A DNA stretch of 64,000 nucleotides from Octopus sinensis (taxonomy: Eukaryota): contig NC_043020.1 in NCBI RefSeq assembly GCF_006345805.1, forward strand, positions 26,846,001 to 26,910,000, written 5' to 3'. Position numbers and translations under genes: made by a program. The notes below the pieces were generated by a model. It was not told where the DNA came from. It worked only from the letters and a program-made list of their open reading frames with translations, and searched no databases. Shown here piece after piece: positions 1-11,644 of the stretch (its first letter is position 1; each line of letters begins with the position of its first letter).

Positions 1-210
1 GGAGAAGACGTGATGTTGGAGTGCCCAGCTATCCATCCGTCGATCCGCGGTCAGCTGACGGACCCCGAGGCGATTGCGAAGGAGCCCAGACTGGCACTCA
101 AGGTGTGGGAGAGATGGCTGAGGGTGGTGGAGGAGCAGGTGGTGATTGAGGAGCAGCAGTAACCAACTATCCAGCCAAGAGTTACTAAACAACAACATCA
201 ACAACAACAA
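1..210 (+). mobile_element. 3' end of a non-LTR retrotransposon ORF2 (zinc-knuckle-like C-terminus) with (CAA)n tail, inside a CFAP45 intron
   Basis: Frame 1 reads GEDVMLECPAIHPSIRGQLTDPEAIAKEPRLALKVWERWLRVVEEQVVIEEQQ* (stop 160-162). The '..LECP' segment resembles the end of the LINE CCHC motif (His absent). It is followed by caacaacatcaacaacaacaa. Clade not assignable. Confidence 0.45.
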
Positions 211-270
211 AATGGCACTTAACGAAAACAATGTCACAGTCAACAAACAAGAGTAGGGTACATAACTCAC

Positions 271-542
271 TTTAGATTTCTTATCAAATCCATCATTATC
301 ACTTGTACATTCTCTTTGCCTTTCTGCTCGGCTTTTGTAGGCGGGTAGACATCTTTGATTTGGCTGAATCTCTGAGTCTGACGTCCTCCAGGCGCCGTCT
401 TTGGGATATTCCAACCGTGGCATTTCTCACCAAACAGCGACTCGTCAACTTGAGAGTGATAGCTAATTGTACGATATTGACGATAGCGTCCTCTTTTTGA
501 CGAACCAGAGCCGCTGCTGGATCGCGTTCGGGCGCTGATTGG
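271..542 (-). CDS. CFAP45: Cilia- and flagella-associated protein 45 (CCDC19), coding exon 2; gene continues off the left edge
   Basis: Translates PISARTRSSSGSGSSKR...YRTISYHSQVDESLFG...KENVQVIMMDLIRNL, matching from memory the vertebrate CFAP45 N-terminus (PLSTAG..SSSS..RYRT..SSEVDESLFG..ETIQLITRDMVREL). Acceptor tctcatttcactctccattcgcag (AG at 544-543), phase 0; donor aa|gtgagt at 270-265. Confidence 0.9.
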
Positions 543-613
543 CTGCGAATGGAGAGTGAAATGAGACTGTAAGATTGTGTGGTGTTCATGCCTCTTTTTG
601 TCTTTCTCATTCA

Positions 614-727
614 AGTAGTGATATTACTAGAATAACAACCAAATTTGCTAGAAACAGCAGTCATATTTCCCTCCTTCTCTCTCCCTCTCTCTATCTATCT
701 ATCTATATATCTATCTCTCTCTTCCAC

Positions 728-758
<31 letters not shown>

Positions 759-884
759 ATTGTAGTAGTGATATTACTAGAGTAACAACCAAATTTGCCA
801 GAAACAGCAGTCATATTTCCCTCCTTCTCTTCTCTCTCTCTCTATCTATCTCTATCTCTCTCTTCCACCTCTTTCTCTCTCTCC

Positions 885-916
<32 letters not shown>

Positions 917-960
917 CTCTATCTTTCTCTTCCACCTCTTTCTCTCTCTCTCTCTATATA
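614..960. repeat. Local direct duplication of ~75 bp (614-690 and 761-835), each copy followed by (CT)n/(CTAT)n
   Basis: gtagtgatattactaga(a/g)taacaaccaaatttgc(t/c)agaaacagcagtcatatttccctccttctct occurs twice. Confidence 0.9.
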
Positions 961-1372
961 TATTATATATATATATATATATTATATATCTTTCTCTCTC
1001 TCTCTCTCTCCTCTCCTTTCCCTTCTCTTTTCTTTCAAGAAGGACACATTGGTTGATGTAATCAGATATTTCCCGAAAAGGCGAGATGGCCATGGCTGGC
1101 AGGTCATTCATTATACTGTGTAACACGATTTTTCCTTTGATAGCAACTGTCATTTCCTTTTTTTTTACTCCTAAAACGTATGAAAAATGGCTACTATTTC
1201 CTTTAAACTTTGCTTTTGTTATATTTATTCAAACCCCCAAAGAATCCTTGGCTGTGATGCTCCCCTGCGGGTGTTTATATTGTCAGCCACTAAGGGTCAT
1301 GCTCAAGTGGTTTAGGTCAAGCAACTGACAAGCAAATCTGTGGTATTGAGCATTAGTGGTAGCACTAATGGC

Positions 1373-1404
<32 letters not shown>

Positions 1405-1782
1405 TCCATCAGCTTTCTGATCAATTGCTTCCTGATTGGCTGTTGGGACGAAAGCCAAGGTAATGGTTCTGGAGCTGCAACTTGTGACACCCTGAGACCA
1501 TCAGATTATCCCAGCACCGTAACCCGTGATAGTTGTTGCTGTCTAAATTGTTAATTTCCGTTTGGATTTTCTAACTTTTTGGCAGAAATTACTTAAATGA
1601 TGCTTACTACCAAATGAGCTGCAGTTTGGTTTTCTGTTTTTCATCCCAGATCAGTCTTTCTGTCTCCAGAACAATTCTAAAATCGCTTGGTAGTCTTCGG
1701 AAGTTATCAGAACATGTCGGTCTTTACTGACTCCTATCTGGTCACATTTCGATTTAAAACAAAAAAACACATCACCGCTTAC

Positions 1783-1785
1783 CAT
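1783..1785 (-). CDS. CFAP45: Candidate alternative ATG-only first exon of CFAP45
   Basis: Minus strand reads ggaaaaATG|gtaagc (phase 0), with a weaker X-box-like gtttcacggtgac at 1845-1857. Could be chance. Confidence 0.3.
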
Positions 1786-2748
1786 TTTTCCAGCTTGTGC
1801 TACAGAAGTGTCCACAAGCAAAGAGTTGGAGTCATCTCTGATGCGTTTCACGGTGACCCTTGCATTTCTTTGTGCCATAAATTCGGAGACAAACATCTAG
1901 GGATGTGCGTCACGCTCTAACTTATGCCTCCTTGCTTCATCCTCAATTTTAAATACGAGGAATAGTTCCATATAATTTACCCTGCGAGATAGAGAAACTC
2001 CTGTTCCAGTTATGGACCAGAACTACCTCCATTTCTTCCTTTGAAGGCATAGAGAAACACCATGTAACTTCATGAATGCACAAATAGGTAACTTCCATTC
2101 TTTCTCGTGTTCCTCATATTCAGTTAAGAAGATGTTTTTAAGGTTACATAGTTCTACAAAATAGTTGTCCTTTCGCGTATTCATATTCAACGGCCCTGCG
2201 GTTCAGATAGGGTTTGCAGAGGAAGCTTTCTCACTGACAGTGCTAACATCAAAAATATTACAGATTTCATTTAGCAAAATGTGTGAGAGTGTTATTGTTT
2301 TCATTACCAAACGTGTTATTAGAATTGTTCACGTTAGTGCTGTGGTCTTTGTAAAATATTTCTGTCAGTTTTCTCATTTTTGTTTGAGCTTTGTGGATTT
2401 GCGACCAGATTCACTAGTTTTGTATAGATTTAGACTGGCGGTCCCTGCAGTCATTGAGTGTATGTATGCGTGTAAACAAATGAGAAAAAAATTTGTTTTT
2501 CCTCTCAAAACAGACCTTTCTTCCTACGGAACCCAAACAGTCCAGACTGGTCATAGACTACCTGCATAAAAAAGATAAATTTAAAATTTACAAAATATTA
2601 TTTCTTCGTTGCAGATTTATTTAATAAAATCCATAATTTCTGGAATGATATGAAAAAAATCAAAACCACAACTGAACAAACCAGTACTCAGCATTAACAA
2701 TCAATTCTTTATTCATCACAAGAGTAACAGAAATACAAGAACATCCTC

Positions 2749-3350
2749 ATCATCATCATCATCGTCATCATCATCGTTTAACGTCCGCTTTCCATGCTAG
2801 CATGGGTTGGACGATTTGACTGAGGTCTGGAGAACCAGATGGCTGCACCAGAATCCAATCTTGATCTGGCAGAGTTTCTACAGGCTGGATGCCCTTCCTA
2901 ACGCCAACCACTCTGAGAGTGTAGTGGGTGCTTTTACATGCCACCAGCACGAGGGCGGTACTGGTAGCGGCCACGCTGAAATCGGGCCTTTTATGTGCCA
3001 CCTGCACAGGAACCAGTCCAGCGGCACTGGCAAAGATCTCGTTTGAATGTTTTTACACGTGCCACCTGCACAAGTGCCAGCCAGTAAGGCGATGCTGGTA
3101 ACGATCACACTCAAATGGTGCTTTTCTGCATGCCATTGGCACGGAGGCCAGTTAGCCGCTCTGGCAACGATCACGCTCATATGGTACTCTTAGCGCTCCA
3201 CTAGCATGGATGCCAATAATACAGAGAAAACAATTACAGACTCATTCATTCATTTTTACGTTCGTTTTTCTATGCCAGCATGGGTTGGACGAATATGCTA
3301 TTTAGGGTATAGTTTCATAACCGCACACCTTTCCTGACGCTAACCTTTAT
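2749..3350 (-). mobile_element. RTE-type retroposon 3' region with (GAT)n tail and internal degenerate tandem repeats
   Basis: gctggatgcccttcctaacgccaacc and ccatgctagcatgg..aaagcggacgttaaacgatgatgatg; same family at 41195-41446, 57285-57722, ~20925-20970 and ~22215-22260. Confidence 0.65.
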
Positions 3351-3419
3351 GGTTGTACGTAAATAGTCAAAGTACAAAATTACAATATAAACCTTCGAAT
3401 GCATAAATGATGCGTGTGT

Positions 3420-3461
<42 letters not shown>

Positions 3462-3603
3462 TGTGTATGTGTGTGTGTATGTGTGTGTGTCGCTTATACA
3501 GTCCGTGTGCAATTTCAAATTTCCCATTTTATGTAACTTCATATCTTTCCTTAATTTTCTTATACATCGCTCTACCCAACAAATGGCCACCTTACCAAAT
3601 ATG

Positions 3604-3653
<50 letters not shown>

Positions 3654-3675
3654 CACTTCAAAACCAAACTAAAAT

Positions 3676-3719
3676 ACAGTCTGATGACGGCTACTAATAC
3701 GAGACTTTGAAGTCACTGT
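3676..3719 (+). ncRNA. Decayed type I hammerhead ribozyme motif (Penelope-like pLTR remnant)
   Basis: acagu-CUGAUGA-cggcuacuaauac-GAGA-cuu ug aaGUC-acugu. Stem I is a perfect 5 bp and stem III is 4 bp; A14 is changed to G and stem II is broken. Confidence 0.55.
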
Positions 3720-4288
3720 CAACCTTTTGCTAAGAATAAATGTTATGTGTGTTGCGTGTGTATTGTATGTATATGTTTGTGTATATATATACATGTGTGT
3801 GTGTGTATTTATGTCTATATATGTATGTGTGTGTGTATGTATGTATGTATGTGTGTATGTATGTATGTATGTATGTATGTATGTATGTATGTATGTGTAT
3901 GTATGTATGTGTGTATGTATGTGTTTATGTATGTGTGTATGAATGTATGTGTGTATGTATGTGTCCAACCCATGCCAACATGGGAAATGGACATTAAATT
4001 ATGATGATGATGATGATGATATACGTATATGTACGTATACTGTATATGTGCTACTTCTGCTGCTGCTGCTGTTGTTGTTGTTGTTGTTAGAAGAGGAAGT
4101 GCACAACGCTAATGATATTCACATTTTTGAAAGGGCCATGTGTGTGTATATGTATGTGTGTATGTGTGTGAGTGTATGTGTGCGTATATGTGTGTGCGTG
4201 TGTGTCTATGTATGCATATGTTAACATACACATCCACACATACATGTATGTGTGTGTATATATATAAGATATAAAGACAAATATATAA

Positions 4289-4341
<53 letters not shown>

Positions 4342-4525
4342 CGCCTGTAGGTATATAATTACATATACTTACATATACGTGAGTGCGTGTGCACGTATGT
4401 CGTCGGTGTATGTAAACAAGCCTGAATTAAATTTCTTGTTCTACTATTTAACGCATAAAACCTATTAAATACCAAACCCAAAAATTCCATGAATTCAAAT
4501 CATTTAACTTTTCTCTTTTACTCAC

Positions 4526-4528
4526 CAT
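4526..4528 (-). CDS. CFAP45: Probable first coding exon of CFAP45 (ATG only; 5' UTR extends to ~4585)
   Basis: Minus strand reads aagaaataATG|gtgagtaa, a phase-0 donor that joins exon 2 to give MPISAR. A strong X-box lies ~65 bp upstream. Confidence 0.65.
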
Positions 4529-4591
4529 TATTTCTTAAAATTCCACGGCTTCGCTTTCCTTAGACTTCGCACTGTTTGTTTTGATGATGTA

Positions 4592-4604
4592 GTGTCATGG
4601 AAAC
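4592..4604 (-). promoter_or_regulatory. RFX X-box (GTTTCCATGACAC) of the CFAP45 promoter
   Basis: Close match to the X-box consensus GTTNCCATGGNAAC; extra half-site ggtaac at ~4627-4632. X-boxes are typical of ciliary gene promoters. Confidence 0.7.
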
Positions 4605-4675
4605 GGCGAGTCTACTATACAAGAACGGTAACTCTAATTATAATAATTTTACAGTTATTTCCCTTGGAAAACTAA

Positions 4676-5078
4676 TCTCTCTCTATATATATAAAGCTAT
4701 TATATAAAGCTATATATATAAAGCTGAAGTTGTCTGTGTATAGCAGGTTTGGTAGCCTTCAACTAACACTATCTCCTCCGAGACCCTGTGGCGCAGGTTG
4801 ACCAAAATTGAGAGTATGATAGAAAAAGGCTTGCTCTTCTTCCTTCGGACCATGTTAACACCAAAAATTATTTACATCAAAACGGTGCTTTTTTCCTATG
4901 AAAATGTCTATTTTCTACGATTTTTTGACTGGTGTGTCGCTATTTTCGGTGTATTTCAACCAGGAAAATGTTCCTTTAAAGAGAATAACAAGCTACATAA
5001 TGCAAAATTTTAACTTTTCAAAAATTCCAGTTCTAAAGAGTCGAAACAAACCCAAGCAACGCCGGGCGATACTGCTAG
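4676..5078 (+). mobile_element. Non-autonomous Helitron-like element (~400 bp)
   Basis: 5' a|tctctctctatatatataaagc; 3' cccaagcaacgccgggcgatactgCTAG|t (imperfect GC hairpin about 10 nt before CTAG); inserted between A and T, no TSD. Confidence 0.7.
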
Positions 5079-5320
5079 TATAATATAAATGGATTTTCTT
5101 AGTCCACAAATACAAAAGAGAAACTAATAGACTGACACAACTATTAAAGCGTTGGTACATTCATCTTAGGCTTATGTTACGGCGACCTGTTCTGAGTTCA
5201 AACCCCACTATGATCACCTTTTCTTTTTTATTTTGCTGCAGTCGATAAAATAAGGGACCAGCTAAGTTTGATTCAACCGACTTTAAAGTTTAAATAAATT
5301 TTCCAGGATCATAAGATATT

Positions 5321-5700
5321 CGTTAGTCATCTTGCCGGGCGAAATGCTTACCGGTATTTCGTCTGCCGCTACGTTCTGAGTTCAAATTCCGCCGAGGTCG
5401 ACTTTGCCTTTCATCCTTTCGGGGTCGATAAATTAAGTACCAGTTACGCACTGGGTCGACATAATCGACTTAATCCGTTTGTCTGTCCTTATTTGTCCTC
5501 TCTGCGTTTAGTCCCTTGTGGGCAGTAAAGTAATAGGTATTTCGTATGTCTTTAGGTTTTGAGTTCAATTTCCGCCGAGCTCGACTTTGCATTTCATCCT
5601 TTCGGGGTCGATAAATTAAGTACCAGTTGCGTACTGAAGTCGATCTAATCGACTGACCCCGCCCCAAAAATTTCGTGCCTTGTGCCTAAAGTAGAAAAGA
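5321..5700 (+). mobile_element. tRNA-derived SINE family B, two tandem units
   Basis: B-box gagttcaaattcc; central gaggtcgactttgcctttcatcctttcggggtcgataaattaagtaccag, resembling a conserved metazoan SINE central domain (assignment unchecked). Confidence 0.85.
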
Positions 5701-5764
5701 ATCGTTTCCGCGCCGGATTAAATGCTCAGTAGTATTTCGTCCATCTTTACCTTCTGAGTTCAAA

Positions 5765-6362
5765 AATTCCACCGGGGTCGGGGGGAGGGCAGTCGATTAG
5801 ATCGACTTCAGTACTCAACTGGTACTTAATTTATCGACCCCGAAAAAACAAAAGGCAAAGTCGACTTCGGCGGAATTTGAACACAGAATGTAAAGACAGA
5901 CGAAAAACCTATTTCTTTACTACCCACAAGGGGCTAAACATAAAGAGGACACACAAGGACAGACAAACGGATTAAGTCGATTACATCGACCCCAGTGCGT
6001 AACTGGTACTTAATTTATCGACCCCGAAAGGATGAAAGGCAAAGTCGACCTCGGCGGAATTTGAACTCAGAACGTAACGTAACGACAGACGAAATATTGC
6101 TAAGCATTTCGCCCGGCTTACTAAGGTTTCTTATTTCTTTATTGCCCACAAGGGGCTAGACATAGAGGGGACAAACAAGGACAGACAAAGGGATTAAATC
6201 GATTACATCGACCCCAATGCGTAACTGGTACTTAATTTCTCGACCCCGAAAGGATCAAAGGCAAAGTCAACCTCGGCGGAATTTGAACTCAGAACGTAAC
6301 GACAGACGAAATGCCGCTGAGCATTTCGCCCGGCATGCTAACGAATCTGCCAGCTCGCCGCC
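5765..6362 (-). mobile_element. SINE family B multimer, inverted relative to 5321-5700
   Basis: Reverse-complement units ending in the head ggcggcgagctggcaga (A-box-like) at 6345-6362. Confidence 0.85.
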
Positions 6363-6451
6363 TTGTTCCTATAATATAAAGAATTTCACATTGAAGAGTT
6401 GGCTGGGTCGTTAGCACACCAGGCAAAATCCTTATCGGCATTTCGCCTGTA

Positions 6452-7016
6452 CAGTCATCCCTCGCCATATCGCGGTTCACCTATCGCCATTTATTAGGTG
6501 GGTGAATGTCGCAAGAATGGCCAGTATGAACGGACCAATTCTGAGGATACATCTGTGAAAAATTAAAAGGAAATATAAAAGGAGAAAGGGGCTCTCTACC
6601 CCGCTTTTGACCAGGCTCCCGTGGCTTTTATGGGTTTTTCCACAAGTAAACCTTTCGAAGCGCCTCCCCCTATTGGGAGTTTTAATTGTTACTTATTTTT
6701 CATTGTCATCCTACTGTTGTACAGGGACTTTTTTCAAACGGACAAAACCCTTTGTAACTTTCGTCCTGTGTTTTGTCCCTTTATGTTTTAATTGATTTTT
6801 GTTAGCCCTTGTGGCCAATAAACGAACGAATTATTTAAGCTTACGTTGATTCCTCCGCGGTGTTGTTTTGTATTTATAATAAAATAAATATATACAAATT
6901 ACAAAAATAATAATAAAATAATACAGTGCAGTATTGTTTCTACTTCGCGGATTTTCCCCTATCGCGGGTGGGGAGGGGTTTGGGACGTAGCACCCGCGAT
7001 AGTCGAGGGATTACTG
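6452..7016. mobile_element. Tigger/pogo-like MITE
   Basis: TIRs ta|cagtcatccctcgccatatcgcgg and cccgcgatagtcgagggattactg|ta, with TA TSD. Confidence 0.75.
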
Positions 7017-7338
7017 TATATATATACATCTTTGAGTTCAAATTCCATCGAGTTCTACTTTACCTTTCAGTCTTTCCGATGCCGATAAAATAAATACCAG
7101 TTAAACACTTGGGTCGATGTAATCGACTACCCCCCAACCACCACCACCACCACCGCCAAACAACACACACAAACTTTCAAGCCTTGTACCTATCGTAGGG
7201 AGGATTATTAAATGTATGTTTCTATCAACTCGTCCTATTGGTTCATGAATTATCCAATCAACGAAAGAATTTTGAGAATTCTGGGAATGACATTTTGCGC
7301 GTGAAGAGACAACGGTGAAGTACTAAGAACAATAATCT

Positions 7339-7880
7339 TTTTACTCTAGGCACAAGGCCCGAAATGTTGGGGGAGGGGCCGGTCGTTAGATCAACCCTAG
7401 TACGCGACATGTACTTAATTTATCGACCCCGAAAGGATGAAAGGCAAAGTTGACCTCGGCGGAATTTGAACTCAGAACGTAATGACAGAGAAAACACCTA
7501 TTTCTTTACTACCCACAAGGGGCTAAATACAGAGAGGACAAACAAGGACAGACACACGGATTAAGTCGATTATATGGACCTCAGTGCGTAACTGGTACTT
7601 ATTTAATTGACCCTGAAAGGATGAAAGGCAAAGTCGACCTCGGCGGAATTTGAACTCACAATGTAATGACTGAGAAAATACCTATTTCTTTACTACCCAC
7701 AAGTGGCTAAATACAGAGAGGACAAACAAGGACAGACAAACGGATTAAGTCGATTACATCGACCCCAGTGCGTAACTGGTACTTAATTTATCTACCCTGA
7801 AAGGATGAAAGGCAAAGTCGACCTCGGCGGAATTTGAACTCACAACGTAACGCTAAGCGTTTTGCCTGGCGTGCCTTTTT
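7339..7880 (-). mobile_element. SINE family B, three head-to-tail units
   Basis: Repeated atcgaccccgaaaggatgaaaggcaaagtcgacctcggcggaatttgaactca, period ~185 bp. Confidence 0.85.
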
Positions 7881-8532
7881 TTTTTTTTTTTTTTGCAAAC
7901 TTGCTGCCTTCTACTAAGAACAGTATTGGCACAATACGTATGAAATCAGGCAGGAATCACAAGAAGAACACTAGAACAGTAAGTCCCAAGAATCTTTTTA
8001 ATGTACATGATATTATTTTCTAACAAAACCACCGGTTCTGTATACCAATCGTTTTTTAGAGTGGGGTGCTAATTTTTTGTTGTTGCAGCCATTATTATTT
8101 ATCTCCGAAGATATACCGTATATAAATTGTTTCAAAAAAAAAAAAAAAAGCTACCCTGGTCCAATATGTAAAGTTAGGTTTCCCTATAAACTAATTTGGA
8201 GCAGAGATAAAGAATGCGTACACCACCCGTTTTCTGTGTAACGAAAACCCTAACTCAAAATACCGGGTCTGCGTATTTTTTACTTTCGCCCTCATTTTGT
8301 CCCTAACACTCGCTTTTTTCTTGAATGTGTGCTTCCAAGACTGTCATGCGAAATGTTTCTGTACGGCTTTTGTCCCATCATACGATAATAGTCTTAAAAG
8401 CATCCAGTTTCTTATATTTATTTAGGAGAGAGGTGGGGAAAAAAATCAACAGGTTTAGAATATTCTTCATTCGTGAAGTAATCAAAATTTTAAAGGAAAC
8501 TAAAATAATTCTTCATTTACGTTAATACTTTT

Positions 8533-9245
8533 CTACTCTAAGCACAAGGCCCGAAATTTAGGGGGAAGGGGACCAGTCGATTAGATCGACCCCATTACGC
8601 AACTGGTACTTAATTTATCGACCCCGAAAGGATGAAAGACAAAGTCGACCTCGGCGGAATTTGAACTCCGAACGTAACGGCAGACGAACTACCTGTTTCT
8701 TTACTACCCACAAGAAGCTAAACACAGAGGACAAACAAGGACAGACAAACGGATTAAGTCGATTATATCGACCCAATTACGCAACTGGTACTTAATTTAT
8801 CGACCCCGAAAGGATGAAAGACAAAGTCGACCTCGGCGGAATTTGAACTCCGAACGTAACGGCAGACGAAATACCTGTTTCTTTACTACCCACAAGAAGC
8901 TAAACACAGAGGACAAACAAGGACAGACAAATGGATTAAGTCGATTATATCGACCCCAGTGCGTGACCGGTACTTATTTAATCAACCCCGAAAGGATGAA
9001 AGGCAAATTCGACCTTGGCGGAATTTGAACTCAGAACCGTAACGGCAGACGAAATACCTATTTCTTTACTACCCAGAGGACAAACAAGGACAGACAAAGA
9101 GATTAAGTCGATTATATGAACCCCAGTGCGTAATGATTCTTATTTAATCGAGCCCGGAAGGATGAAAGGCAAAGTCGACCTCGGCGGAATTTGAACTCAG
9201 AACGTAACGGTAGACGAAATACGGCTAAGCATTTCGCCCGGCGTG
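8533..9245 (-). mobile_element. SINE family B, four head-to-tail units
   Basis: Units begin near 8580, 8761, 8941 and 9112 (~180-bp period); junction gacgaaatacctatttctttactaccc. Confidence 0.9.
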
Positions 9246-9934
9246 CAAAATTTAAACACGAAACCTGAAACACCGAAATGGCTACAATAAGACACTTCGT
9301 CCGACTTGCTAGCAATTCCAATTTATCACCTTAGGCGAGTATTTTGGTTTCATTGATTTTCAGCCAATTCGGCGAAAGATTGTGAAATATTGACTAAGCC
9401 GCGATTTGAACTCGGACCGCGAAATGACGAATCAAATAACGGGAATTATTCTCTCTGACATTCTAATGCAAGGATTTTCGATCTTTTTTTTTCTTTTTTA
9501 ACTTTCTTATCCACTGAAGACCTAAAAAAACCATTAAAAATTATGGCAAAGTAGGTTTTTTAAAAGAATATGTTAAAGGTTAAAAAAAGAAATTAGAAAA
9601 AGAAAAGTAAACCATTACAATTATTGCAAATATTAATTTTTTAATTAATATTTTTGGCAAAGGCAGCTGATAAAGTCAGACAAAATGCTTAATGTTATTT
9701 CTTTAGGATCTTTACATTCTGGGTTCAAATTCTGTCGAGCTTGACTTTACCTTCAGCACATAAAGCGCGACGGGCCACGATCGTGGCGGTCAGGCACAGG
9801 TCGACAGGCCACGATCGTGGCCCAGATAGATGCATTTAATTTATGGGTGTTTGTTGGGGTCTAATGTCACTCACGCTCTGATACCCCAATACCACCACTC
9901 CCACCGGAATGCAAGAGGACTAAATAGTTCGACT

Positions 9935-10190
9935 AATGACTTTTCAGAACGTAACGTCAGACGAAATACCTATTTCTTTACTACCCACATGGGGATAAAC
10001 ACAGGACAGACAAAAGGATTAAGTCGATTACATCAACCCCAGTGCGTAACTGGTACTTAATTTATCAACCCCGAAAGGATGAAAGGCAAAGTCAACCTCG
10101 GCGGAATTTGAACTCAGAACCGTAACGGCAGAAAAAATACGGCTACGCATTTCGCCCGGCGTGCTAACATTTCTGCCAGCTCACCGCCTT
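9935..10190 (-). mobile_element. SINE family B (dimeric junction plus head)
   Basis: Same motifs; head ...ttctgccagctcaccgcc at ~10170-10188. Confidence 0.8.
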
Positions 10191-10699
10191 AAAGGTGGTT
10201 AGGATATTGAATTCATGATCGTACGATTGTGGTTTCGATTCCTGAACTGGCTCATGTGTTGTGTTCGTGAGCAAAACACTTCATTTCACGCTGCTCCGGT
10301 CCACCCGGCGTCCGCAAAACCAGCCCTATGTTCCTCGAAGGATTGATGTGGACTAATCGTAACAAAAATTAAGCATGACATGTTTTACAAGATGGCCAGT
10401 TATTTCTATGGATTTTCCAAATACTGTAAGATTTTCGGAAACAACACTTATTCTTAGAAAGAAACCCAGTCTCAAGGTGTATGGCCCAAACGAATATGAC
10501 CTCTACTAGGATATTTTTCTGTGACTGGCATGAGTGATATGTCCCTATGGTTGTCACACTGTTGGATATTTCCTTTTCTTTAATAGAGGTGTACAATGTC
10601 TTTCATTTCTTGTGGAATTATTTCGTGCTCCCAATTTATAGTAAATAGGACGAGTAGTATTTCCTGTATTTTCCGTCCATAATGTTTATGGACCTCAGC

Positions 10700-10997
10700 A
10701 AGAAATATATGTATATATACTCAATTTAAATACATATATAGTGAAAGTATTAATAGTGAAACTATTAAAACTGAAACTATTATATCACATGACAATAGAG
10801 ATGTTATTTTTTCACTTTGGACACGTAATACCGAAACAGTCATAGAGATTGCACCGGGCTCGCATTAGGCAAGAAGTCCACGACACTCCTTGGACTCTAA
10901 GTAGTGTATATGTAAAATTTGAATGAAATCGGTTCGGTAGTTCTCGAGTTTTAGTGATCCACACAGACAGACGCACATTCTCTCTCTCTCTGTATGC

Positions 10998-11000
<3 letters not shown>
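10700..11000 (-). mobile_element. Helitron/DINE-like non-autonomous element, 5' part
   Basis: Minus strand gagaatgtgcgtctgtctgtgtg..aaaactcgagaactaccgaaccgatttcattcaaattttacatatac..gtattacgtgtccaaagtga; homologous to 19905-20190 (+). Confidence 0.55.
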
Positions 11001-11035
<35 letters not shown>

Positions 11036-11153
11036 TGTTGTATTTAGGAATGGTCATTTTGCCAGTTTAGCCAGTAAAAACACACGCACTATATATTTGG
11101 TGTTACTTTGTTTTAGAGTTATTTATTTTTTACATTAATCTTAATCTTACTTC

Positions 11154-11198
11154 GGCTAGAGTTCTTTCGTCACACTCCTGTGACCGCATCAGTGGTCC
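11154..11198 (-). ncRNA. Decayed type I hammerhead motif
   Basis: ggacca-CUGAUGcg-gucac aggagu gugac-GAAA-g aa cUC-uagcc. Stem II is a perfect 5 bp and stem III is minimal; A9 is changed to C and stem I is weakened. Confidence 0.45.
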
Positions 11199-11454
11199 TT
11201 TGCTTTCTTCTTTCTTATTTGTGTGTCTCTCCTTACTAACGGTCAGTCATTTTGTATGTTATATTTCTATTGTATGCGTCTTCATTTGCGCATGCGTATA
11301 CCTCTGTTTAGTTAGTGTGGGGGGGAGTGCCTGTAATATTTGTATCTCTTGTTTATATACGTTCGTGTAATTTGTTTTTGTTTATTTTTATTTTGTTCAT
11401 GTGTTTATACCTACTTATTATTATTATGTATGTATAATAATAAATGTATGTACG

Positions 11455-11510
<56 letters not shown>

Positions 11511-11644
11511 GAACCATCTCGGCTCAAGGCCGTCATAAATTCAGGTTCGCTGTTCTCCCTTCTCGGCGCAGGCTCTCAGTGTCTCAACATTGGGACCCCT
11601 TCGATGGCTCACCCTCTATCATCGTCTGCTTGTCGTCTGTTATA

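Noticed and set aside
1651-1896. ORF with faint resemblance to a hAT transposase segment (SLLVDTSV versus SLxxDEST)
   Set aside because: Too weak to call by eye; no TIRs or further motifs found. A profile-HMM search would decide.
9771-9826. Twice-repeated palindrome gccacgatcgtggc
   Set aside because: Probably the collapsed termini of a small DNA transposon; too short to classify.
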